The translations under genes were made by a program, and so were the position numbers. A stretch of DNA of 32,000 bases from NCBI GenBank assembly GCA_025340205.1, contig CP006868.1:1080001-1112000 (forward strand), given 5' to 3'. Positions 1 through 9,623 of this stretch are shown in pieces. Position 1 is the stretch's first letter; each line of letters opens with the position of its first letter. The DNA comes from Ignicoccus pacificus DSM 13166. Its GTDB lineage: Archaea; Thermoproteota; Thermoprotei_A; Sulfolobales; Ignicoccaceae. A model generated the notes under the pieces. It was not told the DNA's origin, ran no database searches, and saw nothing but the letters and a program-made list of their open reading frames with translations.

Positions 1-357
1 TCCTATCGCTCCTTTCTTCCTTCTTCATTTCCTATTTTCCATGGGAACATATCAGAACATTTATGGTCTCCTTTCTTCCCTTTACCTTGAGCGCTATTCG
101 CCTTTGAATATGAATTCTTCAATTAGCTTAATGATCAAGCAATTCTTTCCACTATCACATACATGAGAACGCCGATGATAATGAACTCTTTTGTTTGACT
201 ATTAGTTTCAGTTAGGTAATTCTAATTGATGAAAGTAGAGCAAAACTGTTCTCATGAAAGCTTAAGTATTCAGAGTTAATAAAGGCCTCTCAATAGGGCA
301 ATGGGAAAGGAATGGCTTATTAGCTAATGGAAGGATTGGTTAAATAGGAGAGTCACG

Positions 358-1333
358 GAAGAGTTACAATAGTGAATAGAAAGGGGGGCTATCCCCATCG
401 GCTTCAAGGATCGTATTCGTTCGGGGAAGAGTTACAATAGTGAATAGAAAGTTCGGTGGTAGCTATGTGTATGTTCTGCGAGTTACCCGATGGGAAGAGT
501 TACAATAGTGAATAGAAAGCTAGGTAGGAGTCCCCCAAGTCGGTCTTGTCATGGTTGGTGGAAGAGTTACAATAGTGAATAGAAAGTCAGGAATGCTTAG
601 TGCGGCAGTCATCGGTTCGTCGGTGGCGTGAAGAGTTACAATAGTGAATAGAAAGTCCAAAGCCAATGGTGGTAGTCGGTACGCATGATACTTTATGAAG
701 AGTTACAATAGTGAATAGAAAGCCCTTTTCCCAGGTAGCGTGTAGTCAGAGGTCACTCCAAGGGAAGAGTTACAATAGTGAATAGAAAGAGATACAACAA
801 GAGGCGGAAGCCCCTCTACGAATACCTTGTCCCCGAAGAGTTACAATAGTGAATAGAAAGTCACCGGGATAATCATGAAGATTGAGTTCCCTTCCGAGGA
901 AGAGTTACAATAGTGAATAGAAAGTGGGGCATAAAATGAGATGGGAAGGACACAGAGCATTTACTGAAGAGTTACAATAGTGAATAGAAAGTACCAAAGC
1001 TTCAACACGTTCTCAGCCGGCATCAAAGAGAAGAGTTACGAAGAGTTACAATAGTGAATAGAAAGCCGATCCGGGAGGCTCCTGGCCATCGAGGTCAAGT
1101 CCAGAAGAGTTACAATAGTGAATAGAAAGTTGCCCGGCCCCATCGTTTCGTTGGCATTTACTTTCCTTCCAGAAGAGTTACAATAGTGAATAGAAAGCTG
1201 CTTCTGCCTCTATGCCATCGATCAAGTCAACCTTCATGGAAGAGTTACAATAGTGAATAGAAAGGCTATCGTTGTTCCCGTTAGAATATACCAAGGGTAT
1301 GTTGTATGAGAAGTTACAGTATTAAACAGAAAA
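358..1333 (+). CRISPR. CRISPR array 1: 14 repeats of 26 nt (GAAGAGTTACAATAGTGAATAGAAAG) plus one degenerate terminal repeat at about 1308-1333; spacers about 38-48 nt
   Basis: Identical 26-mer at 358, 426, 494, 561, 630, 697, 764, 835, 899, 966, 1040, 1105, 1172 and 1239 with unique spacers. The degenerate final copy is on the right, so the leader is inferred to be on the left, in the AT-rich region before 358. Confidence 0.97.
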
Positions 1334-1560
1334 TCATTCGTTATTGAAGTTATGATCACCTTAAGACAATAAGTAGAAGGAATTACATTTGTCAGTATAA
1401 CGATATCAAGGAATACAAATGTACGTGCAACTCTATTATTACAAGCAATAAGAACTAAGCATCTAATAGGGACTAAACTCGAACCTCTCCATCTATACTC
1501 ACATGGAAAGCAGTATCGATATTAATACCTTCCTGGTGGGTCAACACACGGGACCACGTT

Positions 1561-2976
1561 ATGTCCAAAACCGAGGCTTCCTTGAAGGTCCTCCCCCTTC
1601 TGTTTCTCATTGTCGCTCCCGCCTTCGCCTCCGTCCTCCACGCCTCCTACGCTCAGCATTGTAACAAACCAATAACCTTGACGATAATATCAAGGCATCC
1701 AACCGACGTTCTGGAAAAGGCAAGGGACATGTTCCTGAAGACTCAATATGCTAAGGAATACTGCATAAAGGACGTACGCTTCATCCAACTCCCTCCAGGA
1801 TGGTGGATTGATTACATCAAGGCTCACCCTGTCGACATAGCGTGGGGAGGAGGACCTACCCAGTACGACCTCCTCTTTAAGTTCCACTTACTCAGACCCC
1901 TCCAGACCAAGATGGCCCTTGACGCCGCCGCTCAGATTCCCGATACCTTAGCCGGAGCTCCAATGAAGAGAATAGTTAACGGAAAGATATACTGGGTCGC
2001 CGATGCCATTGCCAGCTTCGGCTTCACCATAAACAGAGACGTAGCTGCACAACTAGGCTACGACTGGCACAAGCTCAAGACTTGGAAGGATCTAGCCTCT
2101 GATCAGCTAGGCCTCCTCATGCTTCAAGTGGGAGTTCCCGTGGTGGGAATAGCCGATCCGACCGTGAGCACCAGCAACACCAGAATGTATGAGATCATCC
2201 TCCAGGCCTACGGGTGGGATGACGGATGGAGGACCCTAACCCTCCTAGGAGCCAACTCCAAGATATATTCCGGAAGTGGACTCGTTAGGGATGCTGTGAT
2301 AAACGGAGAAATAATGGTAGGAATTACCATAGACTTCTACGGCTACACCGCCCACAAGCAGAACCCCGCTTGTATCTACGTAGTACCCCAAGGTCAGACC
2401 ATAGTAAACGGTGACCCGATAGCGGTTACCGTGAGCACTAAGCACCCCGAGGCGGCAGAGGCCTTCGTTGCTTGGGCGCTGACCGACGGTCAGACCATAT
2501 GGCTCGACCCCAACATCAACAGACTGCCCTCCAACCCCAACGTCTTCAACACTCCGATAGGGAAGGAGAGGAAAGACCTGTACGAAGCCTTCCAGCAGAT
2601 ACTCCACGCCAAGTCAATGAAGTTCAACGATACCTTAGCCCTAATGTACGAGGATGCTATGAGGCTATACTTCAAGGCTACCATAGTTGACCTCCACGAC
2701 CTCCTCCAGCAGGCTTGGACCACCCTGCTGAGCGCCTACTACCTCGACCACAAGATAGACAAGGCCACCTTCGAGAAGCTGAAGGATCAGCTCACCTCCC
2801 TACCGACCTTCAAGGACCCGATAACTGGAAAGTACACTAAGTTCACCGTGAAGTACGCTATCAAGGCTGACAAGGTGATACTCAAGGATCCCGCTATGAT
2901 GGACAAGCTTATGAACGCTTGGAGGGAAGCGGCGCGTGCGAAGTACCTAGGGGTGCTGAGGGCCCTTGGCGGTTAA
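1561..2976 (+). CDS. ABC transporter extracellular substrate-binding protein (Fe3+/thiamine/2-aminoethylphosphonate-like family)
   Basis: N-terminal signal sequence, periplasmic-binding-like motifs (VDIAWGGGPTQYDLLFK), and directly upstream of permease and ATPase genes. Confidence 0.75.
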   Translation: MSKTEASLKVLPLLFLIVAPAFASVLHASYAQHCNKPITLTIISRHPTDVLEKARDMFLKTQYAKEYCIKDVRFIQLPPGWWIDYIKAHPVDIAWGGGPTQYDLLFKFHLLRPLQTKMALDAAAQIPDTLAGAPMKRIVNGKIYWVADAIASFGFTINRDVAAQLGYDWHKLKTWKDLASDQLGLLMLQVGVPVVGIADPTVSTSNTRMYEIILQAYGWDDGWRTLTLLGANSKIYSGSGLVRDAVINGEIMVGITIDFYGYTAHKQNPACIYVVPQGQTIVNGDPIAVTVSTKHPEAAEAFVAWALTDGQTIWLDPNINRLPSNPNVFNTPIGKERKDLYEAFQQILHAKSMKFNDTLALMYEDAMRLYFKATIVDLHDLLQQAWTTLLSAYYLDHKIDKATFEKLKDQLTSLPTFKDPITGKYTKFTVKYAIKADKVILKDPAMMDKLMNAWREAARAKYLGVLRALGG

Positions 2977-4777
2977 GGTAAGCAAGCTAAAGCGAGTGGA
3001 GAAGGTCACGCTAATACTCTTTCTACTCCCTACACTTTACTTGCTCTCCTTCTTCGTCGCCCCGGTCGCCAGCGTCCTAGGAGGCCTTCTGGGATTCGAC
3101 TGGCACCTCCTCAACACTCCCTTTTACATAAACTTGAAGCCCATAGGATCTCCAATCGAAATAAGGAGCTTCGGTCCCAGACTGTTCATCGTGATCAAAG
3201 GAGTTAACATGGGAGTCATACTAAACAGCTTGATAAACTCGATAATAGTGACACTGGTCAGTGCTGTAATAGGAACGGCTGCTGCCCTATTGATAGGATT
3301 GTATGACTTTCCAGGGAGGAGACTCTTCGCGGTGCTAGCTGCCCTGCCCTTGCTCGTAGCTCCCTTCGTCAACACCTATGTAGTAAAGCTACTTTATGGC
3401 TTCAACCTTCAAGGGAACACGCTAAGCTACTTGCTCCAGCACTTGGGACTCAAGGTCACCATAGGCTTTACTCAGCTCGGAGGCATTACCTTGGCCCAGA
3501 TCTTGGCATTCTATCCGATAGTATACATAAACGTCTTAGCTGCTTTGGGAGCGATAGACGCGTCTTTGATAGAGCAAGCTTTGAACTTGGGCTCCAGAGG
3601 ATTCAAGCTGATCAGAACGATAATCCTCCCCATGATAGTTCCTGGAATACTGGCCGGAGCAACGCTCGTCTACATCTTGAGCCTAGAGGACGTGGGAGCT
3701 CCTATAGTGTTTAATTACAAGAACGTCATTTCCTACCAAGTCTACGAGTTCTTCCAAGAGTTCACCTCCATAGGAGGGGTAGGGGCCTCGGCCGCCCTCT
3801 GTCTAATAATGCTCTTACTCGCCTTAATTCCAATGGCTATAATAAGGAAGTACTTGAGTTTGAAATATTACGCCAGGCTAAGCAGAGGCGCTCCCAGACC
3901 TTTCAAGAGATTGAAGCTAGGGAAGAAGGGCTTGATAGTTGCCTACTTGCTCGTCCTCCCGGTCTTGATAGCAGCGGCGGCACCTCAGATAGGCATCATA
4001 GTGCTGGCCTTCTCGGAGAGGTGGGTAGGGGCCCTACCTCAAGGCTTCACCTTGAGGAACTTCTACTTCATATTCTCAAAGCCTGGAGTGTTCAGGGGAA
4101 TAGTGAACAGCGTGACGTACTTGGCCTTCGCGTTACCCATGATAGCTATATTGGGCTTCGCCGCCGCTTACGTCGTAGCGAGGATAAGGGTCAAGGGGAT
4201 AGGACTTCTCGACCTGCTCTCCACGGCCCCTCTGGCGGTTCCCGGGCTGGTGGTGGCCTTCGGCTACTTCATCTTCTTCCACGCGATAGCCCAAGGAACT
4301 CCCCTCGACCCCTTGGTCTCTCCAGCGGTAGTCTTGGTGTTAGCCTACGCTGCTAGGAAGATGCCGTTCACCGTTAGATCCGTCTACACCGGTCTCCTTC
4401 AAACTCCTAGGGCCATGGAGGAAGCCGCCGAGAGCTTGGGAGCAACCAAGGGTAAGGTGCTGAGATCTATAGTGCTGCCCCTAGTGTGGAGAAGCATCAT
4501 TGCTGGCTTGCTCTTGAGCTCAATCTACGTCCTCAGCGAGGTGAGCGTGAGCGTCACCATAGGAGCTCTAGGAGGAGATATAGTAGACCCTAACCACGCT
4601 GGTCCTATAACGTATGTGATAATGAGGCTGATCCAAGCTCCGAGCATCTCTGGAGGAGCTCAGCCTCAAGCAGTAGCAGCTGCAATGGCAGCCATATTAA
4701 TGGCCTTGGAGGCCTTGGTGCTCTTCGTGGCGACGTCCAGACTGGCCAGAAGAGGTCAAATGCTGGTCTCCGTGTAG
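2966..4777 (+). CDS. ABC transporter permease, two fused permease units (603 aa, FbpB/ThiP-like)
   Basis: Many TM segments; two EAA-like regions (INVLAALGAIDASLIEQALNLGSRGFKLIRTIILPMIVPGI and YTGLLQTPRAMEEAAESLGATKGKVLRSIVLPLVWRSI); overlaps the end of the preceding gene. Confidence 0.85.
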   Translation: MAVKVSKLKRVEKVTLILFLLPTLYLLSFFVAPVASVLGGLLGFDWHLLNTPFYINLKPIGSPIEIRSFGPRLFIVIKGVNMGVILNSLINSIIVTLVSAVIGTAAALLIGLYDFPGRRLFAVLAALPLLVAPFVNTYVVKLLYGFNLQGNTLSYLLQHLGLKVTIGFTQLGGITLAQILAFYPIVYINVLAALGAIDASLIEQALNLGSRGFKLIRTIILPMIVPGILAGATLVYILSLEDVGAPIVFNYKNVISYQVYEFFQEFTSIGGVGASAALCLIMLLLALIPMAIIRKYLSLKYYARLSRGAPRPFKRLKLGKKGLIVAYLLVLPVLIAAAAPQIGIIVLAFSERWVGALPQGFTLRNFYFIFSKPGVFRGIVNSVTYLAFALPMIAILGFAAAYVVARIRVKGIGLLDLLSTAPLAVPGLVVAFGYFIFFHAIAQGTPLDPLVSPAVVLVLAYAARKMPFTVRSVYTGLLQTPRAMEEAAESLGATKGKVLRSIVLPLVWRSIIAGLLLSSIYVLSEVSVSVTIGALGGDIVDPNHAGPITYVIMRLIQAPSISGGAQPQAVAAAMAAILMALEALVLFVATSRLARRGQMLVSV

Positions 4778-4795
4778 CCTCCCGGAGACCACGCT

Positions 4796-5884
4796 TTGAC
4801 TCAAGTGATAATAAGGGACTTGAGGAAAAAGCTAGGGAAAAACGAGATTTTGAAAGGTATAAACTTAGAAATAAGGTCCGGTGAGTTCTTCGCTATCCTA
4901 GGTCCCTCCGGCTCCGGCAAGACCACCCTTCTCCGGCTGATAGCGGGCTTCGAGGTCCCCGACTCCGGCCAGATACTCTTCGACGACAAGGACGTCACCT
5001 ACCTGAGGCCCGACGAGAGAGGCGTTGCCATGGTATTCCAGAACTGGGCCCTCTGGCCACACATGACCGTTTACGAGAACGTGGCCTATGGTCTAAAAAT
5101 AAAGAAACTTCCAAAAGAAGAGATAGATAAGAAGGTGAGGTGGGCCCTCGAGCTCCTAGGCTTAGAAGGAATGGAAAATAGATATCCCCATCAGCTCTCC
5201 GGAGGACAGCAACAAAGAGTTGCCTTGGCCAGAGCCTTGGTGGTTGAACCTAAGGTGTTGCTTCTGGACGAGCCCTTGAGCAACTTAGACGCCAGGTTAA
5301 GGCTAAAGCTGAGGGGAGAGATAAGGAAGCTCCAGAAGGAACTGGGAATTACTGCTATCTACGTCACTCATGATCAAGAGGAGGCCTTGGCGATAGCGGA
5401 CAGGCTAGCTCTGCTCAGGAACGGGAGGATAGAGGAGAGCGGAACTCCCGAGGAGATATACCAGAATCCCAAGAAACTGTTTACTGCGATATTCATCGGA
5501 AAGACCAGCTACGCTAAGGGAGTGGTTGAGGAGGTTGACGGAGATAAGGCGAAGGTTAGAGTGGGAGAGAACTTGGTAGAGAGCGTCGCTCATGGAGTTA
5601 ACAAAGGAGAGGAGGCGATCGTGGTCTTCAAGGCGGATATGTGCAAGCTAACCCCCAAGCAGGGAAGGACTGCGATAAGGGGGAGGGTAACCGTCCCCAT
5701 GTACATGGGGGCCTTCGTGGAGGTAAGGATGGTTCCGTTAGGGTACAAGAAGGAGCTCACCTTCTACATTCCAGAACAAGAGGTACCTCCTCCGGGATCT
5801 GAGATAACAGTTTACTTACCGGTTAAGGCCGTTCACTCCTACCCGGTGGAGGAAGGGGTAATAGAGGAGGAGGAAGAGGAATAA
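4796..5884 (+). CDS. ABC transporter ATP-binding protein (PotA/MalK/FbpC-like)
   Basis: Walker A GPSGSGKTT, signature LSGGQQQRVALARAL, Walker B VLLLDEPLSNLD, H-switch TH, C-terminal TOBE-like region. Confidence 0.93.
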   Translation: MTQVIIRDLRKKLGKNEILKGINLEIRSGEFFAILGPSGSGKTTLLRLIAGFEVPDSGQILFDDKDVTYLRPDERGVAMVFQNWALWPHMTVYENVAYGLKIKKLPKEEIDKKVRWALELLGLEGMENRYPHQLSGGQQQRVALARALVVEPKVLLLDEPLSNLDARLRLKLRGEIRKLQKELGITAIYVTHDQEEALAIADRLALLRNGRIEESGTPEEIYQNPKKLFTAIFIGKTSYAKGVVEEVDGDKAKVRVGENLVESVAHGVNKGEEAIVVFKADMCKLTPKQGRTAIRGRVTVPMYMGAFVEVRMVPLGYKKELTFYIPEQEVPPPGSEITVYLPVKAVHSYPVEEGVIEEEEEE

Positions 5885-5914
5885 TCCCTTCCACTTCTCC
5901 ATCCGGGTGCTAGC

Positions 5915-6784
5915 TTGTACGAGGCGCTGATCCCGCTGATACCACAGATGCTATGGGCCACCAACTTCGTGGTATCGAAGGTAGTGGTGAGCAACGGGCT
6001 GCATCCATTGCTCTTGACCGCCTTAAGGTGGACCATAGCTGGCTTCCTCCTCTACTTGTACGCCAGGCTAAGAGGACTGAGACTCGCCTTCGGCAAGGAG
6101 CTGGTGGTGCCAGCCTTAACCGGGATAACGGGGTTCAGCGCCTTGATATACCTAGGACTCATGTTCTCAAAGGCATCCATAGTAGGATTAACTATGGCGT
6201 TCATTCCCATAGCCACTGCCATATTAGCCAGCATAGTGCTGAAAGAGGAAATATCGTTCCTGTTGAAACTCTCAATACTCTTCGGAACAGCTGGAGGGTT
6301 GCTGCTAAGCGCCGGAGGGCTTCAAGGCTTGTCTTGGCTAGGGGTGCTGTTTGGAATATCCGCTTCGATAGACTGGGCCGTTTACACGGTTTGGTCGAAA
6401 AAGATAATGCTTGAGCTTTCTCCGATGGAGCTATTGGTGAGCATAGCATTAATGGCTCAGCCCGTAAACTGGATAATAGCGTTGCCCTTCCTGACCCTAG
6501 CTCCCTTGCATAAGCTCCCGGTACTCTTGGGCTTGCTCTACGTAGCCTTAGTTCCCGGATTCTTGGCCTACTTCCTCTGGCTCTACTCCGTTAAGCTGGT
6601 AGGAGCCTCGAGGGCCGGAGTTTACATAAACGCTCTTCCACTCTTTACTCTGGTGATAGCTACCATAACGCTAGGCGAGAAACTGGACTTCTTGGAAAGC
6701 CTAGGGGCGTTGAGCATCATAGTCGCTCTGGCCTTAGTGACGATAGACTTCTTGAGGAAGGTTAGGTCTCAATCCTCTGAGTAA
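5915..6784 (+). CDS. EamA/DMT-family transporter
   Basis: About ten TM segments in two repeated halves; start (IPQMLWATNFVVSKVVVSNGLHPLLLTALRW) typical of the family. Confidence 0.82.
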   Translation: MYEALIPLIPQMLWATNFVVSKVVVSNGLHPLLLTALRWTIAGFLLYLYARLRGLRLAFGKELVVPALTGITGFSALIYLGLMFSKASIVGLTMAFIPIATAILASIVLKEEISFLLKLSILFGTAGGLLLSAGGLQGLSWLGVLFGISASIDWAVYTVWSKKIMLELSPMELLVSIALMAQPVNWIIALPFLTLAPLHKLPVLLGLLYVALVPGFLAYFLWLYSVKLVGASRAGVYINALPLFTLVIATITLGEKLDFLESLGALSIIVALALVTIDFLRKVRSQSSE

Positions 6785-7092
6785 AGCCACTCTGGCTTCA
6801 CTCCTTCCGGCACGAACTTCATTCTCAGCGTGAGCCACTTGAGCGCTCCTAAGGGCCCCTTCTTTATCTCTCTTTCGATTCTCTCCACGGCTCTTTTAGC
6901 TAGCTCCTCCCCTTCTGGAGTAAGCTCGTACTTCTCGTTGAGCAAGCCTATCTCTATGAGGTCTCTGATAGCGTTGGGCTCTAGCTTCACCCCGAAGGTC
7001 TCCGCAATCTCTGCTATTCCCTTTTCGTTAAGATGTCTCCCTCTCTTGGTGTTCATATAGATAATAGTCAGAATTAGATCCTTGCTCTCCAA
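6769..7092 (-). CDS. Small uncharacterised wHTH-like protein (107 aa), paralog of 7240..7563
   Basis: Intact ORF aligning over its length with its neighbour (xxLNEKGIAxIAxxxGVK...LTxEG...ALxRxExExKKGxxGxxKWxxxxxKxxPE). Confidence 0.65.
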   Translation of the reverse strand: MESKDLILTIIYMNTKRGRHLNEKGIAEIAETFGVKLEPNAIRDLIEIGLLNEKYELTPEGEELAKRAVERIEREIKKGPLGALKWLTLRMKFVPEGVKPEWLYSED

Positions 7093-7239
7093 CAGATCGA
7101 ACCCAGTAAGGTGGCCGAAACTTCTCTTTAAAAGTCATGCGTATACATTTACTAGTTTGTATAAAAGGTATTAGTTTGATTAATTGTGCGGAAAAAGTAA
7201 ATAGAAACGTTGACCAATAAGAGCGTGGTAAGAAGGTGG

Positions 7240-7563
7240 TTACGAAGGAGAACCTAGACAAGAACCCTTAATCTTCTCGGGAGCCAGCTTGTTCTTGAAG
7301 CTCATCCATTTGAAAACGCCAAATAGTCCCTTCTTCACCTCGTTCTCTAATCTCTTCAAGGCCTTCGCCGCTTCTACCTTTCCCTCATCGGTGAGCCTGA
7401 GGTTTGGAGCTACGAGCTTCTTTTCCATTAAGCTCTCGAGTACTCCTTCTAAGTCCTTCACCCCTACCTCGGAGGCTATCTTGGCTATTCCCTTCTCGTT
7501 AAGGAATCTACCCTTCCTCTCGTTCAAGTACAGAATAGCTAAGACCACGTCTTCGGCCTCCAT
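7240..7563 (-). CDS. Small uncharacterised wHTH-like protein (107 aa), paralog of 6769..7092
   Basis: Same-length tandem paralog; predicted helix-turn-helix-like pattern. Confidence 0.65.
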   Translation of the reverse strand: MEAEDVVLAILYLNERKGRFLNEKGIAKIASEVGVKDLEGVLESLMEKKLVAPNLRLTDEGKVEAAKALKRLENEVKKGLFGVFKWMSFKNKLAPEKIKGSCLGSPS

Positions 7564-7643
7564 TGGGCCACCTCTCTTGAAATAGTAGCGTCAACCCTCT
7601 AAACTTATCCGAAGGATCCAGGTAGAGAATTACGGTGTAAGCT

Positions 7644-8567
7644 TTGAGTAACTTGCTCAGAAAGGGAGTCCATCCTATAATAGCTACGCTATTATTGATC
7701 CTCATCGCCGTAGCAGCCGCAGTCCTCCTCTACACTTGGGTGAGCAGCCTCAGCGCCAACGTGGCCGGCAGTAAGGTGACTGGCAAGACCCTAACCATAA
7801 TCCAGGCTACTTGGGCCTTGGGTAACAATCAAACCGGTATATCAAACGTAACCGTGTTCACCTCCGACAGACCAGTGCTTGTAATCAGCTTCAAGGCTCC
7901 TCCCGCTGCTGTAGGAGGACAGGGCGCTGGAATGAACCTAATAACCCTGGACAACGTCGACGTGATCTACGCTGGTAGGGTGATCTGCCACTACTCCGCC
8001 TTCGCCCTAAGCGCTTGGGACGTACAGCATACTGGAGCTTCGACGGGATTTAGCAGAACTCCGGTGAAGGGAGTGGACTTCGGTGGGTATGTAGGGGAGA
8101 ACATAGGGGCGCTTGACGGCAACGATACCTACTCACCAGGTGGGATAGCGGTTAACACGAGGACGGAGGCCGATAACCCAACAACCTTCAATCAAGACGG
8201 TTATGCATTCTACAAAGTTGGAGATTCCAGCAACGCTTACTTCAGCAGAGGAATACCCTTCGCCACCATAGTGGCCCAAGTATGGAACGTGCAGTACGTC
8301 AGCAACCAGAAGGTGGAGACCTACTTCAACAGCACTAACGCTAACATAAGGTTCGACAGGTGGACCGGCGACTACCTCAGCGATGACACGAACTCGCCGT
8401 TCTACTACGTTCCAGCCTTCGATTTGGCGAAGGTAGGCCAAGATGATTGGAGCTTAGTGATATGGTGTCCTCAAGTGAACCCTAATGTAATGAACAGTGT
8501 ACAAGTAAGAGTACAGTTCCAAGATGGGAGCACTTGGGAGACTATGATACCTCTGACGGTACAATAA
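7644..8567 (+). CDS. Type IV pilin-like / surface fibre protein (archaeal class III signal peptide), possible homolog of the Ignicoccus Iho670 fibre subunit
   Basis: N-terminus MSNLLRKG|VHPIIATLLLILIAVAAAVLLYTWVSS has an archaeal prepilin cleavage site plus hydrophobic helix, followed by a roughly 270-aa Thr/Asn/Ser-rich domain. TTG start. Confidence 0.75.
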   Translation: MSNLLRKGVHPIIATLLLILIAVAAAVLLYTWVSSLSANVAGSKVTGKTLTIIQATWALGNNQTGISNVTVFTSDRPVLVISFKAPPAAVGGQGAGMNLITLDNVDVIYAGRVICHYSAFALSAWDVQHTGASTGFSRTPVKGVDFGGYVGENIGALDGNDTYSPGGIAVNTRTEADNPTTFNQDGYAFYKVGDSSNAYFSRGIPFATIVAQVWNVQYVSNQKVETYFNSTNANIRFDRWTGDYLSDDTNSPFYYVPAFDLAKVGQDDWSLVIWCPQVNPNVMNSVQVRVQFQDGSTWETMIPLTVQ

Positions 8568-8571
8568 ATGA

Positions 8572-9519
8572 TTAGTCGAGGAGCTCGGAGACGGCGGTGC
8601 GGAAGGCATTGATTATTCTGCTGTCAGTCTCCCCTTTCTTCGGCCTGTAGGGAGGCCTCTTCCAGCCTCCTCCTACTACCTTGGGCAGGGCCTCCAGAGC
8701 AGCCTCAACCTTCCCCGTGGACATGAATACCTTTACTTCGTCCGCCCTCCCCGTCTCGGCTATGCTCTCTATCACCGCTTTTACGTGAGCTACCGCCCTT
8801 CTCGCGAAGTCGCTCCTAGGAGACTTCACGTCTACGGATCTCATGGCCACGTACCTCTCTCCGTGCTTCAAGCTCTTAGGACAGTTACCTCCGCATTGAC
8901 CGCAGTGCACGCACTTCCATATGTCCTCCTCATAGAGATATATCCTCTTCTGGCCCAAGGAATCTCTCGGGTCGAAGGCGAAGCGGAAAATCTTCACCAG
9001 TCCTTGAGGAGCGGCGTACTCGCTATCCACGAAGGTAACTGGGCAGAGGGAGTAGCATATTCCGCACCAAATGCACTGTGCGGCGCTCCAGAGGACTTGC
9101 TGAGTCTTGGGGCTCATGGGCGTCCACTTGTCGCTTGCTAAAGCCTCCTCCTTCGGAATCAGGTAAGGTCTCACCTTCTTCATTCTTCTTTCGAAGTCAC
9201 TCCTCTCTACAATTAAGTCCTTGATCACTGGCATGTTATCCAAGGGTTCGACCACTATAGTACCATTTCCTTCTTCAGCGGCCTCCAAGGCGTTGGTCAT
9301 GCATCCCAACCTCGGCTTTCCGTTTATCTTAACGGCACAGTTCCCGCAGACGCCCATCTTACAGAGGGGCCTGTAGGCTAAGGTAGGATCTATTTCCTCC
9401 CTAATCCTCTGTAGCGCTACTGCCACGGAGGTGTACTTGTCCACCTCTATTTCGTAAGTCTGCCACCAAGAGCCTCTCACGGGATCGTACCTAGCAACCT
9501 TAAAGGTTACCTTGGACAA
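8572..9519 (-). CDS. sdhB: Succinate dehydrogenase/fumarate reductase iron-sulfur subunit
   Basis: Plant-type [2Fe-2S] motif CKMGVCGNCAVKING...C and two CxxCxxCxxxCP motifs (CIWCGICYSLCPV, CVHCGQCGGNCPK). Confidence 0.9.
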   Translation of the reverse strand: MSKVTFKVARYDPVRGSWWQTYEIEVDKYTSVAVALQRIREEIDPTLAYRPLCKMGVCGNCAVKINGKPRLGCMTNALEAAEEGNGTIVVEPLDNMPVIKDLIVERSDFERRMKKVRPYLIPKEEALASDKWTPMSPKTQQVLWSAAQCIWCGICYSLCPVTFVDSEYAAPQGLVKIFRFAFDPRDSLGQKRIYLYEEDIWKCVHCGQCGGNCPKSLKHGERYVAMRSVDVKSPRSDFARRAVAHVKAVIESIAETGRADEVKVFMSTGKVEAALEALPKVVGGGWKRPPYRPKKGETDSRIINAFRTAVSELLD

Positions 9520-9623
9520 TTTTGTGACCCATTGGACTAGATGGGCTCGGTAGTTAAAGGGAGTTTTGGGCTCACCTCCTAAAGGCTGTGAGCGCGGTGG
9601 TGTGTGGCGATCGATGAGCGGTG

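Noticed and set aside
1690-6449. Antisense or shifted ORFs inside the ABC transporter and EamA genes (e.g. 2245..2607 -, 4021..4356 +, 5953..6414 +)
   Set aside because: Low-complexity shadow ORFs nested inside well-supported genes with no recognisable domains.
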